Positions 17,540 to 26,134 of a stretch of DNA of 26,451 bases are shown here, piece by piece. The position numbers and the translations under genes were made by a program. Within the stretch, counting starts at the first letter, position 1, and each line of letters starts with the position of its first letter. The DNA comes from a virus (lineage: Duplodnaviria; Caudoviricetes), in the IMG/VR virus record IMGVR_UViG_3300038330_000008, positions 1-26,451 of that record; one strand, written 5' to 3'. The notes beneath the pieces are model-generated. The model was not told where the DNA came from and did no database searches. It saw only the letters and a program-made list of their open reading frames with translations.

Positions 17540-18706
17540 ATGGCTGAACTAACAGGCTGGGATGTCTTCTGGCTAGGCGTAGACCGGGTTGCTGGGATGG
17601 CCGAGGGTGCGGCTGAGGGCCAGAAGACCGAGGCCGAGATCGCCAACCAACGGGCCGAGATTGCCCGCCGTGCCTTAGCAGACCTGAACCAGGGCAACCT
17701 CTCCCTCTACCAACAACTCATTGAGGCGGGGAAGCTGGAGATGGCCCAGCGCCAGTTCCAGTTGGATGCCCCAACCGCACGCGCCAAGCAGGTCGTCATG
17801 GGCGACGTGATGGCGAACGTGCAGGACGTGAACGCCACAGGGTTGCCCGAAGGCGTGCCGGACATCAACTTCGAGGGGGGCTTGCGTCCTTCGCTTCTGG
17901 GTCCGAACTCACGGGCATTTGGCGCAGAACTCTCCCGTCAAGCCCTCCTCAACCAGATGCCAGGAGGCGGTGGGGGTGTCGGGACCGGGCTGAGTACGGC
18001 CACGGCTGGTCCGAGAGGGCGGCGGTTCCTCCCGGCTGATATGGCAGGGGACTACACGGGCAATGCGCGGCAGGGGGGAGGCTTCCCCTCACAGCGGGGG
18101 AATCGGGGTTTCCCGCAGGGAGCCGGGGAGATTGCCACGGCCCGCCCCGAGGAAGTGGCTGGCGAGCAGTCGCCCCTGGTGAATACGCCCCCTCAGACAG
18201 GCGGGCGTGTGGTGCCGGTGGGGGATGTGTTTAACCCGCTGCCCACGCCTCCCACTATCTACGGACTCGGTGGTACTGGTGGAGGCGGAGGTGGTACCGC
18301 AGGGCCGGAAGGACGCCTTGCTGGTCCGGGTGGAAGGAGTACCTCGCCGGGTGCGCCAGCTTCCTTCGGGCGTAGTCCAGGGATGCCAGGGTATGCGTCT
18401 CCCTCCGGGCTGGAGTCGGTTGGAATCGCCGAGTCCGGGCCGGGGTCAGGCGCACCGGGATGGCTCGGTATCCTGGGGCTTCTTGGCATTGGTGGTAAGG
18501 CAGCACAGTGGGGCATCAATCGGTACATGGAACGCCCACGCAATATCCAGCAGACCCGGCCCTACTATCCGCAGGGACCCGTGGAGCCAGGGAGTCCGGG
18601 ATGGACCTCCTCTGACCCGAACTTCCTGACCCCGCCGATGAATGACAGGCCGAGACAGGGGCCGCAGACCGATCAAGGGTTTGTCTGGAATATCCCGCAG
18701 TTCTGA
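17540..18706 (+). CDS. Probable DNA-ejection protein with Gly-rich hydrophobic segment
   Basis: AGGTGA SD; helical N-terminus, Gly/Pro-rich body, GWLGILGLLGIGG segment. Confidence 0.65.
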   Translation: MAELTGWDVFWLGVDRVAGMAEGAAEGQKTEAEIANQRAEIARRALADLNQGNLSLYQQLIEAGKLEMAQRQFQLDAPTARAKQVVMGDVMANVQDVNATGLPEGVPDINFEGGLRPSLLGPNSRAFGAELSRQALLNQMPGGGGGVGTGLSTATAGPRGRRFLPADMAGDYTGNARQGGGFPSQRGNRGFPQGAGEIATARPEEVAGEQSPLVNTPPQTGGRVVPVGDVFNPLPTPPTIYGLGGTGGGGGGTAGPEGRLAGPGGRSTSPGAPASFGRSPGMPGYASPSGLESVGIAESGPGSGAPGWLGILGLLGIGGKAAQWGINRYMERPRNIQQTRPYYPQGPVEPGSPGWTSSDPNFLTPPMNDRPRQGPQTDQGFVWNIPQF

Positions 18707-18715
18707 GGATTTGAG

Positions 18716-19840
18716 ATGCCCAGCATCACGACGCTCAAGGCCATTGGTGGCTTAGGTGGAGCCACCGAGGATATCCAGAAGATCCTTCAGAACCGGTTGG
18801 AGGAGGAGCGTCTGGGTATCCTGCGTGAGGAGGGCCAGCGGCGGCAGCAGTCACTGGACGACTACCGCAAGTCGCAGCAGGCCAAGATCGACTACGACAT
18901 CGAGCAGGACAGGTTACAGCGGCAACGGTTGGAGGAGTTCCTCAAAAACCCCAACCTCACCCAGGAACAGCGCCTGATGGTTGAGTATGCGCTTGCCACC
19001 GGGCAGTCTGCGGCCAAAGGTGCGTTCGAGGACCCGGAAGCAGCGGAACGTAAGCGATACAATGAGCTTGGTACCCAGCACATCTACAAGATGGAGGAAC
19101 TTGCCGCAGGCGGGAGTCGTGGGACGGCAGGAGAGCGAGCCATCCCCCCTGACTTTGCGGCAGGCATCGCCAAGATCAAGGCCGATAACCCCAATGCTGC
19201 TGATGCGCTTCGGGTGTACGACGAGAAGGTCAATAGCGGGCAGTTCTTCGACCTCTACGGCTACGGCATCAACCCTGTGGCTGGGCGGAACCTGCTCTCG
19301 GATACCTACCGTAAGGAGCAACTGGCTGGTGGGGAGCAACCGAGTTGGCCTGCACGGGCTATCAAGCGAGTATGGAACGAGACTCTCCAAAAGTGGGGTG
19401 ACTATCTGCCCCCGGAGGCTACCGAGAATCTTGGTCCCAAGGGTGGTCCGCCTGCTGCTCCTGGACCTGGGGGAACACCTGGACCTACGGTGATCCCTGG
19501 ACTACGGGCTATCCCTGAGATCCCGTTCCAGGATATGGGGGAGGTCCCCATTGGCCCACTCCCCTCAGCGCCACGCTCCTCTCGGGGTGCCCCCTCTACT
19601 GGTGGCCCCAGTGGTGAGGAAATCTGGAGCCGTCTCGGTGAGGCTGGCGCACCTGGAGCGCCGGAGCTTCCCTCGGCGGAGACCATCTTCAACCTGCTTA
19701 ATCAGCGGGCGAGTCAGGCACCGGGAAAGCCAGGAGTCACCACGAGGACGCCCAGGGTCAAGGGGAAGGGCAAGAGGAAGCCAGTACGCCTCAAGGAACG
19801 CCTTCAGATTGAAGGCTACGATGTCATCCCCATGAGGTGA
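18716..19840 (+). CDS. Probable DNA-ejection protein
   Basis: GGLGGA N-terminus followed by a charged coiled coil and Pro-rich tail; GAGG SD. Confidence 0.65.
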   Translation: MPSITTLKAIGGLGGATEDIQKILQNRLEEERLGILREEGQRRQQSLDDYRKSQQAKIDYDIEQDRLQRQRLEEFLKNPNLTQEQRLMVEYALATGQSAAKGAFEDPEAAERKRYNELGTQHIYKMEELAAGGSRGTAGERAIPPDFAAGIAKIKADNPNAADALRVYDEKVNSGQFFDLYGYGINPVAGRNLLSDTYRKEQLAGGEQPSWPARAIKRVWNETLQKWGDYLPPEATENLGPKGGPPAAPGPGGTPGPTVIPGLRAIPEIPFQDMGEVPIGPLPSAPRSSRGAPSTGGPSGEEIWSRLGEAGAPGAPELPSAETIFNLLNQRASQAPGKPGVTTRTPRVKGKGKRKPVRLKERLQIEGYDVIPMR

Positions 19841-19843
19841 TGT

Positions 19844-22800
19844 GTGCCTGAAGGCTCGGTCCAGTACAAGGTTCGCGCTCCTGACGGGCGCTCCATCATC
19901 ATCGTGGGGTTCAAGCCTCCCACCAAGGAGCAGCTTGACCGGATCTTTGCGTCTCTCCCTGGCCCCGATAAGCCCGAGGTGGCGCAGCCCACCTACCCCT
20001 TCGATTACAGCCCTCGCCGGACGGAGGATATTCAGCTTCCCAGTGAAGCTGATGAGATCACACAACGGATGCTGTCCACTCCGGCACCACGCCATAGACC
20101 CAGCCGTGAGGAGAGGCCGCTTCAGGGGAGTGGGGAGCTGGTCTCTCCCACGAAGCCTTCCAGGATGACGGATGTGGATCTGCCTGGACTCGGGGACCCG
20201 GCTGGACTCATTTCCAACCAGGTACGGCGCATCTTCGAGTGGGCCACGGGGATTACCGATACCGGAGGGTGGAGTCCCGCGCACTTCAAGCTGGCGCTGG
20301 AGACGATGACCCCGGAACAGAGAGCCGGGGTGTTCGCCAACATTGCGAGCGTCATCCCGGAGACCGGGTTGGCAAAGGGACTGGGATTTCTCGCGGGAGT
20401 CCGGGGTGTGAACTTTGCCGGGTCCAGGATGGCTCCCTTTGCCGATGAGATGGTGGATGCTGCCACCGCTGCGGCACGGCAGGCAGGGATGGGGGCTGAT
20501 GAGGCAGGAGAGGGCGCTCCCCTCCGGTTGACCCTGGAGGATGAGGTCCCACCACCTGCGACTCCGGGAGAAGCTCCCTCACCTGCGCCTACAGCACCCG
20601 TAGAGGCCCCTCAGCCGCCACAGGAGGCCGCTGGGCCGTCCTGGTGGCAGCGGAGAATGGGTAGGGGTGGTACACCTCCCACAGAGGCTCCTGCGGCTCC
20701 TGGTGGGCAGATTGAACTGACCCCGGATCTGGAGCGGGCTGTCAAGTATCAGGGGATGGACCGGGCCAAGGCTGAAGCCATGATGCGGAAGCAGTACCCG
20801 GAACGCTTCCCCACTGAGGCTCCCGCTGGGAAGGCCAAGGCTCCCCAGACCAAGGCTGAGCAGCTACTGGCTCGGGCGAAGATGATCGAGACCCTGGAGA
20901 AGCAGGTGCGTGAGGGGCGCATCAGCCGTGAGGAGTTCATGGATGCCGTGGCGGAACAGTGGCCCGAGGAAGCGGCCCGGATAGCCGCCCAGCCTGCGGG
21001 GAGGCGTCCACCTCAGCGTCCCGCAGCGGCCCCTGCCACACCTGGAGAGGCCCCAGCAGTAGCTACCGCAGCCACGGAAGCCGTTGCCACCGACGTACCC
21101 ATGAGTTCAGACCAGTTGATGGAGATGGAAGCCTTCGTCTCCAAGCTGGAGAAGCAGGTCAAGGCTGGAACCTCCCCGGAGAGAGCACGGGAAATCTTCC
21201 GCCTCAAGGCCGAGGAGCAGGGCTGGCCGCTTCCCCCTGAGCCGACAGGACCTCCTCCGGTACGTGAGGCTCCACTTCCAGGAACCGGGAATGAGACCAC
21301 ACTGGCCCGTTCCCCCTCTGACTATGCGCCGGGAGGTCCACTGGGTCCTCCGCTTCCTTCTGCGCCTGTCACGCCTGCACCTGCCCCAATCCAGGCGGCT
21401 CCTGCTCCGCCCACGCCCTACCTTGGTGATGTGAGGGGATTAAAGCTGGGGGAGCCTGCGCCTACGCTTACGGCGGCACCGGCCCCGACTGTGGCAGCAC
21501 CGGCTCCGGCTCCGGGTGGTCCCCAACTGGTACGGGGCATCCGTGCCGAGACTCCTACGCCTGCGGTTCCTCTCCCCTCGAAGCAGGGAATCCTTAATCA
21601 AGCCTATGAGGAGCACAACCAGACCATCCGGGAGATGAAGGCACGGGGAGCCTCGAAGCAGGAGATCAGGGACCAGTGGGTCCGGTATCAACAGAAGTCG
21701 GAGGAGATCCTTCGCGGGACGCCAGCACCTGAACCCACAGTGGTACCTGGGATCACAGCAGCACCCATCGAACCTGTGGTCCCTGGACCTGTGACCTCCC
21801 TCAAGGTGGGGGGGCAGCAGGTCACAGCAGACCCGGAGGCTATGGCGGCCATTCAACTCGCCGTACGGGAAGGCCGCATCCCCCGTGAGCAGGGGATCGC
21901 CTCCATCAACCAGCTACGCTCAGGGGTGGACCCGGCAGAGGTCCTTCGTGGGATTCCTACCACACGAGGAGCCGGAGTGACGGATGTGGCCGGAACCAGG
22001 GTGGCTATTCCTGTCGCTCCAGAGGCCCCAGGAGCCGTCCCTGGAGGCGAGCCAGCCCCAACCCTACCCTTACCCCTCCCGGAGGCTCCTACGCCCGCTG
22101 GAGGGCCTCCAGAGCCGTCCCTGGAAGCAGGAATAAGCATCCTAGATGAACCCGAGAGCGTGGGGGTGACGGCTGACCCTCTGGCAGAGGCGAACCGGGC
22201 CTTCTCGCTGGAGGAAGGAAAGCTCTGGGACGACTATGGGAAGCGGCTCATCACAGAGGAGGAGTTGCACGCCGGGAGAGCACGGCTCGTTGAAGCGCGG
22301 AAGGCCCTTGGCCCTGCCAATCCTCCCAGGAAACCAGCGCCTGAACTCTACACCTCGAAGGAGGAATCCGCCTGGGGCCGCTTGAGCACCGAGGAGAAGG
22401 AAGCGGTCGAGGCTGAGTGGCAGGATCTCAGCGAGCGTGTGATGAATGGGGAGATGACCCCGGAGCAGGCCCTTGCCGAGATGGGGAACCATCCGGCCCT
22501 GGCTGATGTGGTGCCCCAGAGACAGCAGGTGCTCGGTGGAGGGCTGGGGGCAGAGCCAATCTCCCCGCTCCAGGAGCTTGAGCGGCCCATCTCCGGGCGT
22601 GGACGTGACGATGAAGGCTTCATGCAGATCCAGAACGCCCTGGGGATCTTCGGGGGAACCGCAGGAGGAGCCACTGGAGCCGCAGCCGGGTACCAGCAGG
22701 GCGATACCCAGGAGGAGAAGATCCGCAACGCCATCATCTACGGGCTGGGCGGGACGGCAGCAGGTGCAGGGCTGGGCTATGCGGGTGGCAATGAGGCGCG

Positions 22801-23851
22801 GATCTGGGGAGAGGGAGGCAAGAGCTTCCTGGGCCGGACTGCCAACATGTACGACCAGTACCAGCAGGCGGCCATGATGACGGGTCCTGCCCAGTGGAAG
22901 TCCCTCTTTGGTGGACTCTCATCGGCTCCGATCCGTATGGTCGAGAACTTCCCGCTCCACCCCTTCCAGACCATGAGGCAGGCAGGAGAGGCTGTTACGG
23001 CTATCCCCCAGGGGATCAGGGATGCCGCGCATGTAGCTTGGACCGGGGAGAACCCGCTGTTCTCGGCCTCGCTCAATAGGAAGCCTGCTGAGGGGCTGGC
23101 GTCACTCCCATTCCGTGCGGTAGGGGTTCCCGATGCCTTCTTCAGGCGGATCAACTTCAACATGACGCCCACCTCGGATGAGGCTGCGAAGCTCGCCTCT
23201 CAGGGCATCCTCGCTCCTGATGAGCAGAGGGCGGCGTTGGCAGCACGGTGGCTCCAGGCCGGGGAGCCTCAGAGCGCGACCCTCAGACAGGGTGGGAACT
23301 TTCTCAGGGGACAGGTGCCCATTCCTCCCTCGATTGCGGGGACAGGGACTCCCACAGAGGAGTTCCTCAATGTCGCCAACAAGGTTGGGCCAGTCGCCCG
23401 TGGGGTCACGATCCCGATTGGCTACACGGCTGGGTCTAACCTCCTAGAGCAGGGCCTCCAGCGTACCCCTGGGATCAACTTCCTCCTCCAGGGCCGCAAT
23501 AATCCCTTGCGGGTACGGCCAGCCCAGTCTGTGGTCAATGCCTTCCTGGGAACCGGAGCAGTCGGGGCAGGGGCGCTGGCGGATATGTTCCTCCCCGAGG
23601 GGTATCAGCCCCGTGCTGCTGCCGCAGCCGCGACAGGTCCCTATGCGCTGCCCTTCGGTGTGGGGGTGGGGCTGAACCAGTACTTCAACTCTGATGACCC
23701 AGATCCCTTGGGCCTCCCGAAGAACATCGTTCAGTCACTGGCGAGAGGGACCCCTCTGAGTGGAGCCAACATCGACCCGGTGAAGTTCCTGACCGATGTA
23801 CAGGGTCGCCTCAAGCCTCCAGCGTGGGACTGGCTCTTTGCTCCGAGGTAG
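19844..23851 (+). CDS. Large internal virion / ejection protein (1335 aa)
   Basis: GAGGTGA SD; YKVRAPDGR...G..PPT N-terminal motif, Pro-rich repeats, Gly/Ala-rich membrane-seeking segments; last gene of the late operon. Confidence 0.7.
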   Translation: MPEGSVQYKVRAPDGRSIIIVGFKPPTKEQLDRIFASLPGPDKPEVAQPTYPFDYSPRRTEDIQLPSEADEITQRMLSTPAPRHRPSREERPLQGSGELVSPTKPSRMTDVDLPGLGDPAGLISNQVRRIFEWATGITDTGGWSPAHFKLALETMTPEQRAGVFANIASVIPETGLAKGLGFLAGVRGVNFAGSRMAPFADEMVDAATAAARQAGMGADEAGEGAPLRLTLEDEVPPPATPGEAPSPAPTAPVEAPQPPQEAAGPSWWQRRMGRGGTPPTEAPAAPGGQIELTPDLERAVKYQGMDRAKAEAMMRKQYPERFPTEAPAGKAKAPQTKAEQLLARAKMIETLEKQVREGRISREEFMDAVAEQWPEEAARIAAQPAGRRPPQRPAAAPATPGEAPAVATAATEAVATDVPMSSDQLMEMEAFVSKLEKQVKAGTSPERAREIFRLKAEEQGWPLPPEPTGPPPVREAPLPGTGNETTLARSPSDYAPGGPLGPPLPSAPVTPAPAPIQAAPAPPTPYLGDVRGLKLGEPAPTLTAAPAPTVAAPAPAPGGPQLVRGIRAETPTPAVPLPSKQGILNQAYEEHNQTIREMKARGASKQEIRDQWVRYQQKSEEILRGTPAPEPTVVPGITAAPIEPVVPGPVTSLKVGGQQVTADPEAMAAIQLAVREGRIPREQGIASINQLRSGVDPAEVLRGIPTTRGAGVTDVAGTRVAIPVAPEAPGAVPGGEPAPTLPLPLPEAPTPAGGPPEPSLEAGISILDEPESVGVTADPLAEANRAFSLEEGKLWDDYGKRLITEEELHAGRARLVEARKALGPANPPRKPAPELYTSKEESAWGRLSTEEKEAVEAEWQDLSERVMNGEMTPEQALAEMGNHPALADVVPQRQQVLGGGLGAEPISPLQELERPISGRGRDDEGFMQIQNALGIFGGTAGGATGAAAGYQQGDTQEEKIRNAIIYGLGGTAAGAGLGYAGGNEARIWGEGGKSFLGRTANMYDQYQQAAMMTGPAQWKSLFGGLSSAPIRMVENFPLHPFQTMRQAGEAVTAIPQGIRDAAHVAWTGENPLFSASLNRKPAEGLASLPFRAVGVPDAFFRRINFNMTPTSDEAAKLASQGILAPDEQRAALAARWLQAGEPQSATLRQGGNFLRGQVPIPPSIAGTGTPTEEFLNVANKVGPVARGVTIPIGYTAGSNLLEQGLQRTPGINFLLQGRNNPLRVRPAQSVVNAFLGTGAVGAGALADMFLPEGYQPRAAAAAATGPYALPFGVGVGLNQYFNSDDPDPLGLPKNIVQSLARGTPLSGANIDPVKFLTDVQGRLKPPAWDWLFAPR

Positions 23852-23975
23852 GGTGGCGGGGCCATCCTGGTGTGGTCCTCCCGCACTTCCAGCAGTAGAG
23901 ATAGACCCGCCCCGGTCGGATCTGCCACACGTCATGGTGCCAGCAGAGCCACTGGCGGAAGCGGGTCCAGTACAT
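23811..23975 (-). CDS. 54-aa small Zn-binding protein
   Basis: MYWTRFRQWLCWHHD...LYCWKCGRTTPGW (C-x2-H...C-x2-C); ATG overlaps the upstream stop (TGATG). Confidence 0.65.
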   Translation of the reverse strand: MYWTRFRQWLCWHHDVWQIRPGRVYLYCWKCGRTTPGWPRHPTSEQRASPTLEA

Positions 23976-24064
23976 CACGACAACAGCACCGCCACGGCGT
24001 ACATCAGCACGCCTGCGACGAGTAGCGAGAGTGACACGAGGAACCCCACGTAGAGGGTCCACAT
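23975..24064 (-). CDS. 29-aa membrane peptide (missed by the ORF track)
   Basis: MWTLYVGFLVSLSLLVAGVLMYAVAVLLS*; starts 2 nt after the upstream stop and is coupled to the next gene. Confidence 0.6.
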   Translation of the reverse strand: MWTLYVGFLVSLSLLVAGVLMYAVAVLLS

Positions 24065-24066
24065 GG

Positions 24067-24258
24067 TCAGTCTCCAGTGGGGGAGGGGGCGAAGGTGACG
24101 CCTATGGCAGGCGGAGCCTTGGGATCAGCGCCCGGAATGATGCGGGCGTAGAGCCAGCCACCAGCCACCCTGATGCGCTCAGTCCTGTCGCCGCTTTCGT
24201 TCTTCTGAAACGCTTCCCAGTCTCGTGCGGTCTCGTTCGGGTTGTAGTCGCTCGGCAT
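24067..24258 (-). CDS. 63-aa hypothetical phage protein
   Basis: GGAGGAG SD before ATG at 24258; TERIRVAGGWLY...VTFAP motif. Confidence 0.75.
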   Translation of the reverse strand: MPSDYNPNETARDWEAFQKNESGDRTERIRVAGGWLYARIIPGADPKAPPAIGVTFAPSPTGD

Positions 24259-24367
24259 GATTCTCCTCCGGGTGGAACGTCCACCCACACATGGCGCAGT
24301 ACGCCTCGGTTCCTACACGCTCCACGAGTCTCGTCTCATGGCAGCGCGGGCATTCGAGTTCGCTCAT
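24179..24367 (-). CDS. Small Zn-ribbon protein
   Basis: MSELECPRCH...YCAMCGWTF (CxxC...CxxC). Confidence 0.65.
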   Translation of the reverse strand: MSELECPRCHETRLVERVGTEAYCAMCGWTFHPEENHAERLQPERDRTRLGSVSEERKRRQD

Positions 24368-24424
24368 CAGTGTCACTCACAACCACAGATGGGCATGGCA
24401 GCGCGGGCATTCTAGCTCAGTCAC
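24337..24424 (-). repeat. Imperfect 31-nt direct repeat (24424-24394 and 24367-24337)
   Basis: GTGACTGAGCTAGAATGCCCGCGCTGCCATG vs ATGAGCGAACTCGAATGCCCGCGCTGCCATG, 26/31 identical. Confidence 0.9.
24377..24424 (-). CDS. 15-aa mini-ORF MTELECPRCHAHLWL duplicating the N-terminus of the next gene
   Basis: GTG lies within the last codons of the upstream gene; first 10 codons match the gene at 24367. Confidence 0.4.
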   Translation of the reverse strand: MTELECPRCHAHLWL

Positions 24425-24824
24425 CTTCCGCTTCCCGCTTGACCCGGAATCTCCCGATGGGATCGTTCTCCTTTGTGGGGGCTTCTGTTCCGACCACATG
24501 AGGCTCATCACGCTTGGCGACCTTCACGTAGCTGGAGGTGCTCTTGGTTTTGGAGTCCTCGATGACGTTCATCGGGACGCCTCGCTCCAGGAGTCTGCGC
24601 TCCGAGAGGGTGCTCCGGGTGGAGGTCACGATGGAGGCCACGAGATCCTCGGTCTCGTAGGCGGTCATACCCTGGGCGCTCAGGCCCGCCATGATGATCT
24701 CGGAGAGGTTCTTCATCTCCCCCTCGATCTCCTTCACCTTCTGGGCGAGATCCCAGCGGCTCCTGATGGAATCTTCCAGGTGATCGAGGCTGACACGGGG
24801 CAGGTTCGACGGGTGCAGGGCCAT
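24417..24824 (-). CDS. Coiled-coil hypothetical protein (Gam/Gp157-like architecture)
   Basis: AAGGAG SD before ATG at 24824 (alternative ATG at 24869); N-terminal coiled coil, then short strands (STRSTLSERRLL...SSYVKV). Confidence 0.7.
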   Translation of the reverse strand: MALHPSNLPRVSLDHLEDSIRSRWDLAQKVKEIEGEMKNLSEIIMAGLSAQGMTAYETEDLVASIVTSTRSTLSERRLLERGVPMNVIEDSKTKSTSSYVKVAKRDEPHVVGTEAPTKENDPIGRFRVKREAEGD

Positions 24825-24900
24825 AGGTTCTCTCCTTGAACCGAGAAAGTAGACTCGAACAGGCTTCATAGTGGAGCTTTAAGCAAGAGCTATACCCTCC

Positions 24901-25374
24901 TCACAGGGTCAGTGGTTCCCGCAAGAGAAGCAGGATGGATGGGATGAGTTTAGAGAGCACCATGAGAGGCCACGTTACCCACGGAACCGGAGAGAGCCAG
25001 AGAAACACCGTGGTATCAGCAACCGATCCCACCACGTTCGAGGTCATCCTGTTTCCACTCTGGGTGAGTACCCACCAATCCAAGGACTCACTCACCAAGA
25101 AGGCTCCGAGGCTGGCGACGAGCATGGACGGGGCGCAATAGGCGGTTGCCACCGCGCCACAGAGGAGGCCCCACGCCACCGCACGGTGCCCCCCGACCCG
25201 CTGGAGTTCATCCCGGATCATCAGGACTCCTCCGACGAGGAGGCTGCCAAGATAGGGCCAGCGTCCGAGTCCGATGTTAACGACAGCGATGGCTGCCACG
25301 TAGAGGCCAAGCCAGAGGAGGACCGGGCCTGATCGATCCATCGGAGCATCTTGGGGATGTTGGTCATGGCCCAT
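24901..25374 (-). CDS. yhhQ: VUT/YhhQ-family queuosine-precursor (preQ0/preQ1) transporter, compact form
   Basis: Multi-TM protein with family motifs IRDELQ, ASLGAFLVSESLDWWV and SNVVGSVADTTVFLWL; start may be 25341. Confidence 0.8.
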   Translation of the reverse strand: MGHDQHPQDAPMDRSGPVLLWLGLYVAAIAVVNIGLGRWPYLGSLLVGGVLMIRDELQRVGGHRAVAWGLLCGAVATAYCAPSMLVASLGAFLVSESLDWWVLTQSGNRMTSNVVGSVADTTVFLWLSPVPWVTWPLMVLSKLIPSILLLLREPLTL

Positions 25375-25895
25375 CGGCTCGCCGTCCCTCCGTCAATAGA
25401 ATCTGCCACCTCAATGAACCGTTGAATCCGGCGGCTGGTGTTGACTCGCCCGACATGCACCCACCGACCAGTCGCCTTCGCTTCATCACAGAGCCGTAGG
25501 GCACCCTCAGAGAGCTTGAACAGCGTAGTACCCCCGAGAAACACCGCGTCACACGGCGGGAGGGTGGTGGCTCCATCCTGTAACACGTAGGCGACCGGAT
25601 ACCCAGCCTCACGGATGCGCGGTGCCCATACCTTGAACAGGTCCGCCGTCTGCTCTGCGTTCCCCACCACATCTGGGGCCGAGATGAACAGGCACGTCGA
25701 GCGGTACGGCTGGAGTTTCTCCAACATGGCGAGGAAGGCCCACTCCTCGAAGCCAGAGTACGCCCCGTTGTCACCAGCCCACGGACGATTCTCGTGAATG
25801 TGATGCGACCAACTCCCCGGTACACAGAGCACCCCGACACGCTTGGGATGGAACCATGCGACTGAGGTGGTGGCACCACTAACAAGGAGGATCAC
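25221..25895 (-). CDS. dpdA: DpdA/TGT-like 7-deazaguanine transglycosylase
   Basis: TGT-barrel motifs in the expected order: GDNGAYS, APDVVGN, YVLQDG, FLGG, WVHVGRVN, ADSIDG; adjacent to the YhhQ-like gene. Confidence 0.75.
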   Translation of the reverse strand: MILLVSGATTSVAWFHPKRVGVLCVPGSWSHHIHENRPWAGDNGAYSGFEEWAFLAMLEKLQPYRSTCLFISAPDVVGNAEQTADLFKVWAPRIREAGYPVAYVLQDGATTLPPCDAVFLGGTTLFKLSEGALRLCDEAKATGRWVHVGRVNTSRRIQRFIEVADSIDGGTASRWAMTNIPKMLRWIDQARSSSGLASTWQPSLSLTSDSDAGPILAASSSEES

Positions 25896-26134
25896 TGTGA
25901 GTCCTCATCCCATAGACCTCCTAGAGTGCCCTTTCTAGCTCCGTGGGGACGCTCCAGACGCCGCTGGAGAGGCGAACGCTCGTGGGGTGGGGCCTTACCC
26001 TTCCCCGGCTCCAGTCGTCGCTCTGGAGGGCGTATAGGCGGTTCCTGGAGGGTGGTAATGAAGTCACAGAGGTAGCAGCCTGGACCTCCACGCCCAAGGC
26101 TCAGATCACAGGGACCCAACCCGCAGGAGTTCAC
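25892..26134 (-). CDS. Hypothetical protein with Cys-rich N-terminus
   Basis: GTGA overlaps with both neighbours; C-x4-C...C-x2-C; otherwise low complexity. Confidence 0.45.
   Translation of the reverse strand: MNSCGLGPCDLSLGRGGPGCYLCDFITTLQEPPIRPPERRLEPGKGKAPPHERSPLQRRLERPHGARKGTLGGLWDEDSQ

Noticed and set aside
24350-24372. Hammerhead-like CTGATGA...GAA on the minus strand (and CTGATG at 10172)
   Set aside because: The core continues as GAAT rather than GAAA, stem II is inadequate and stems I and III cannot be formed.
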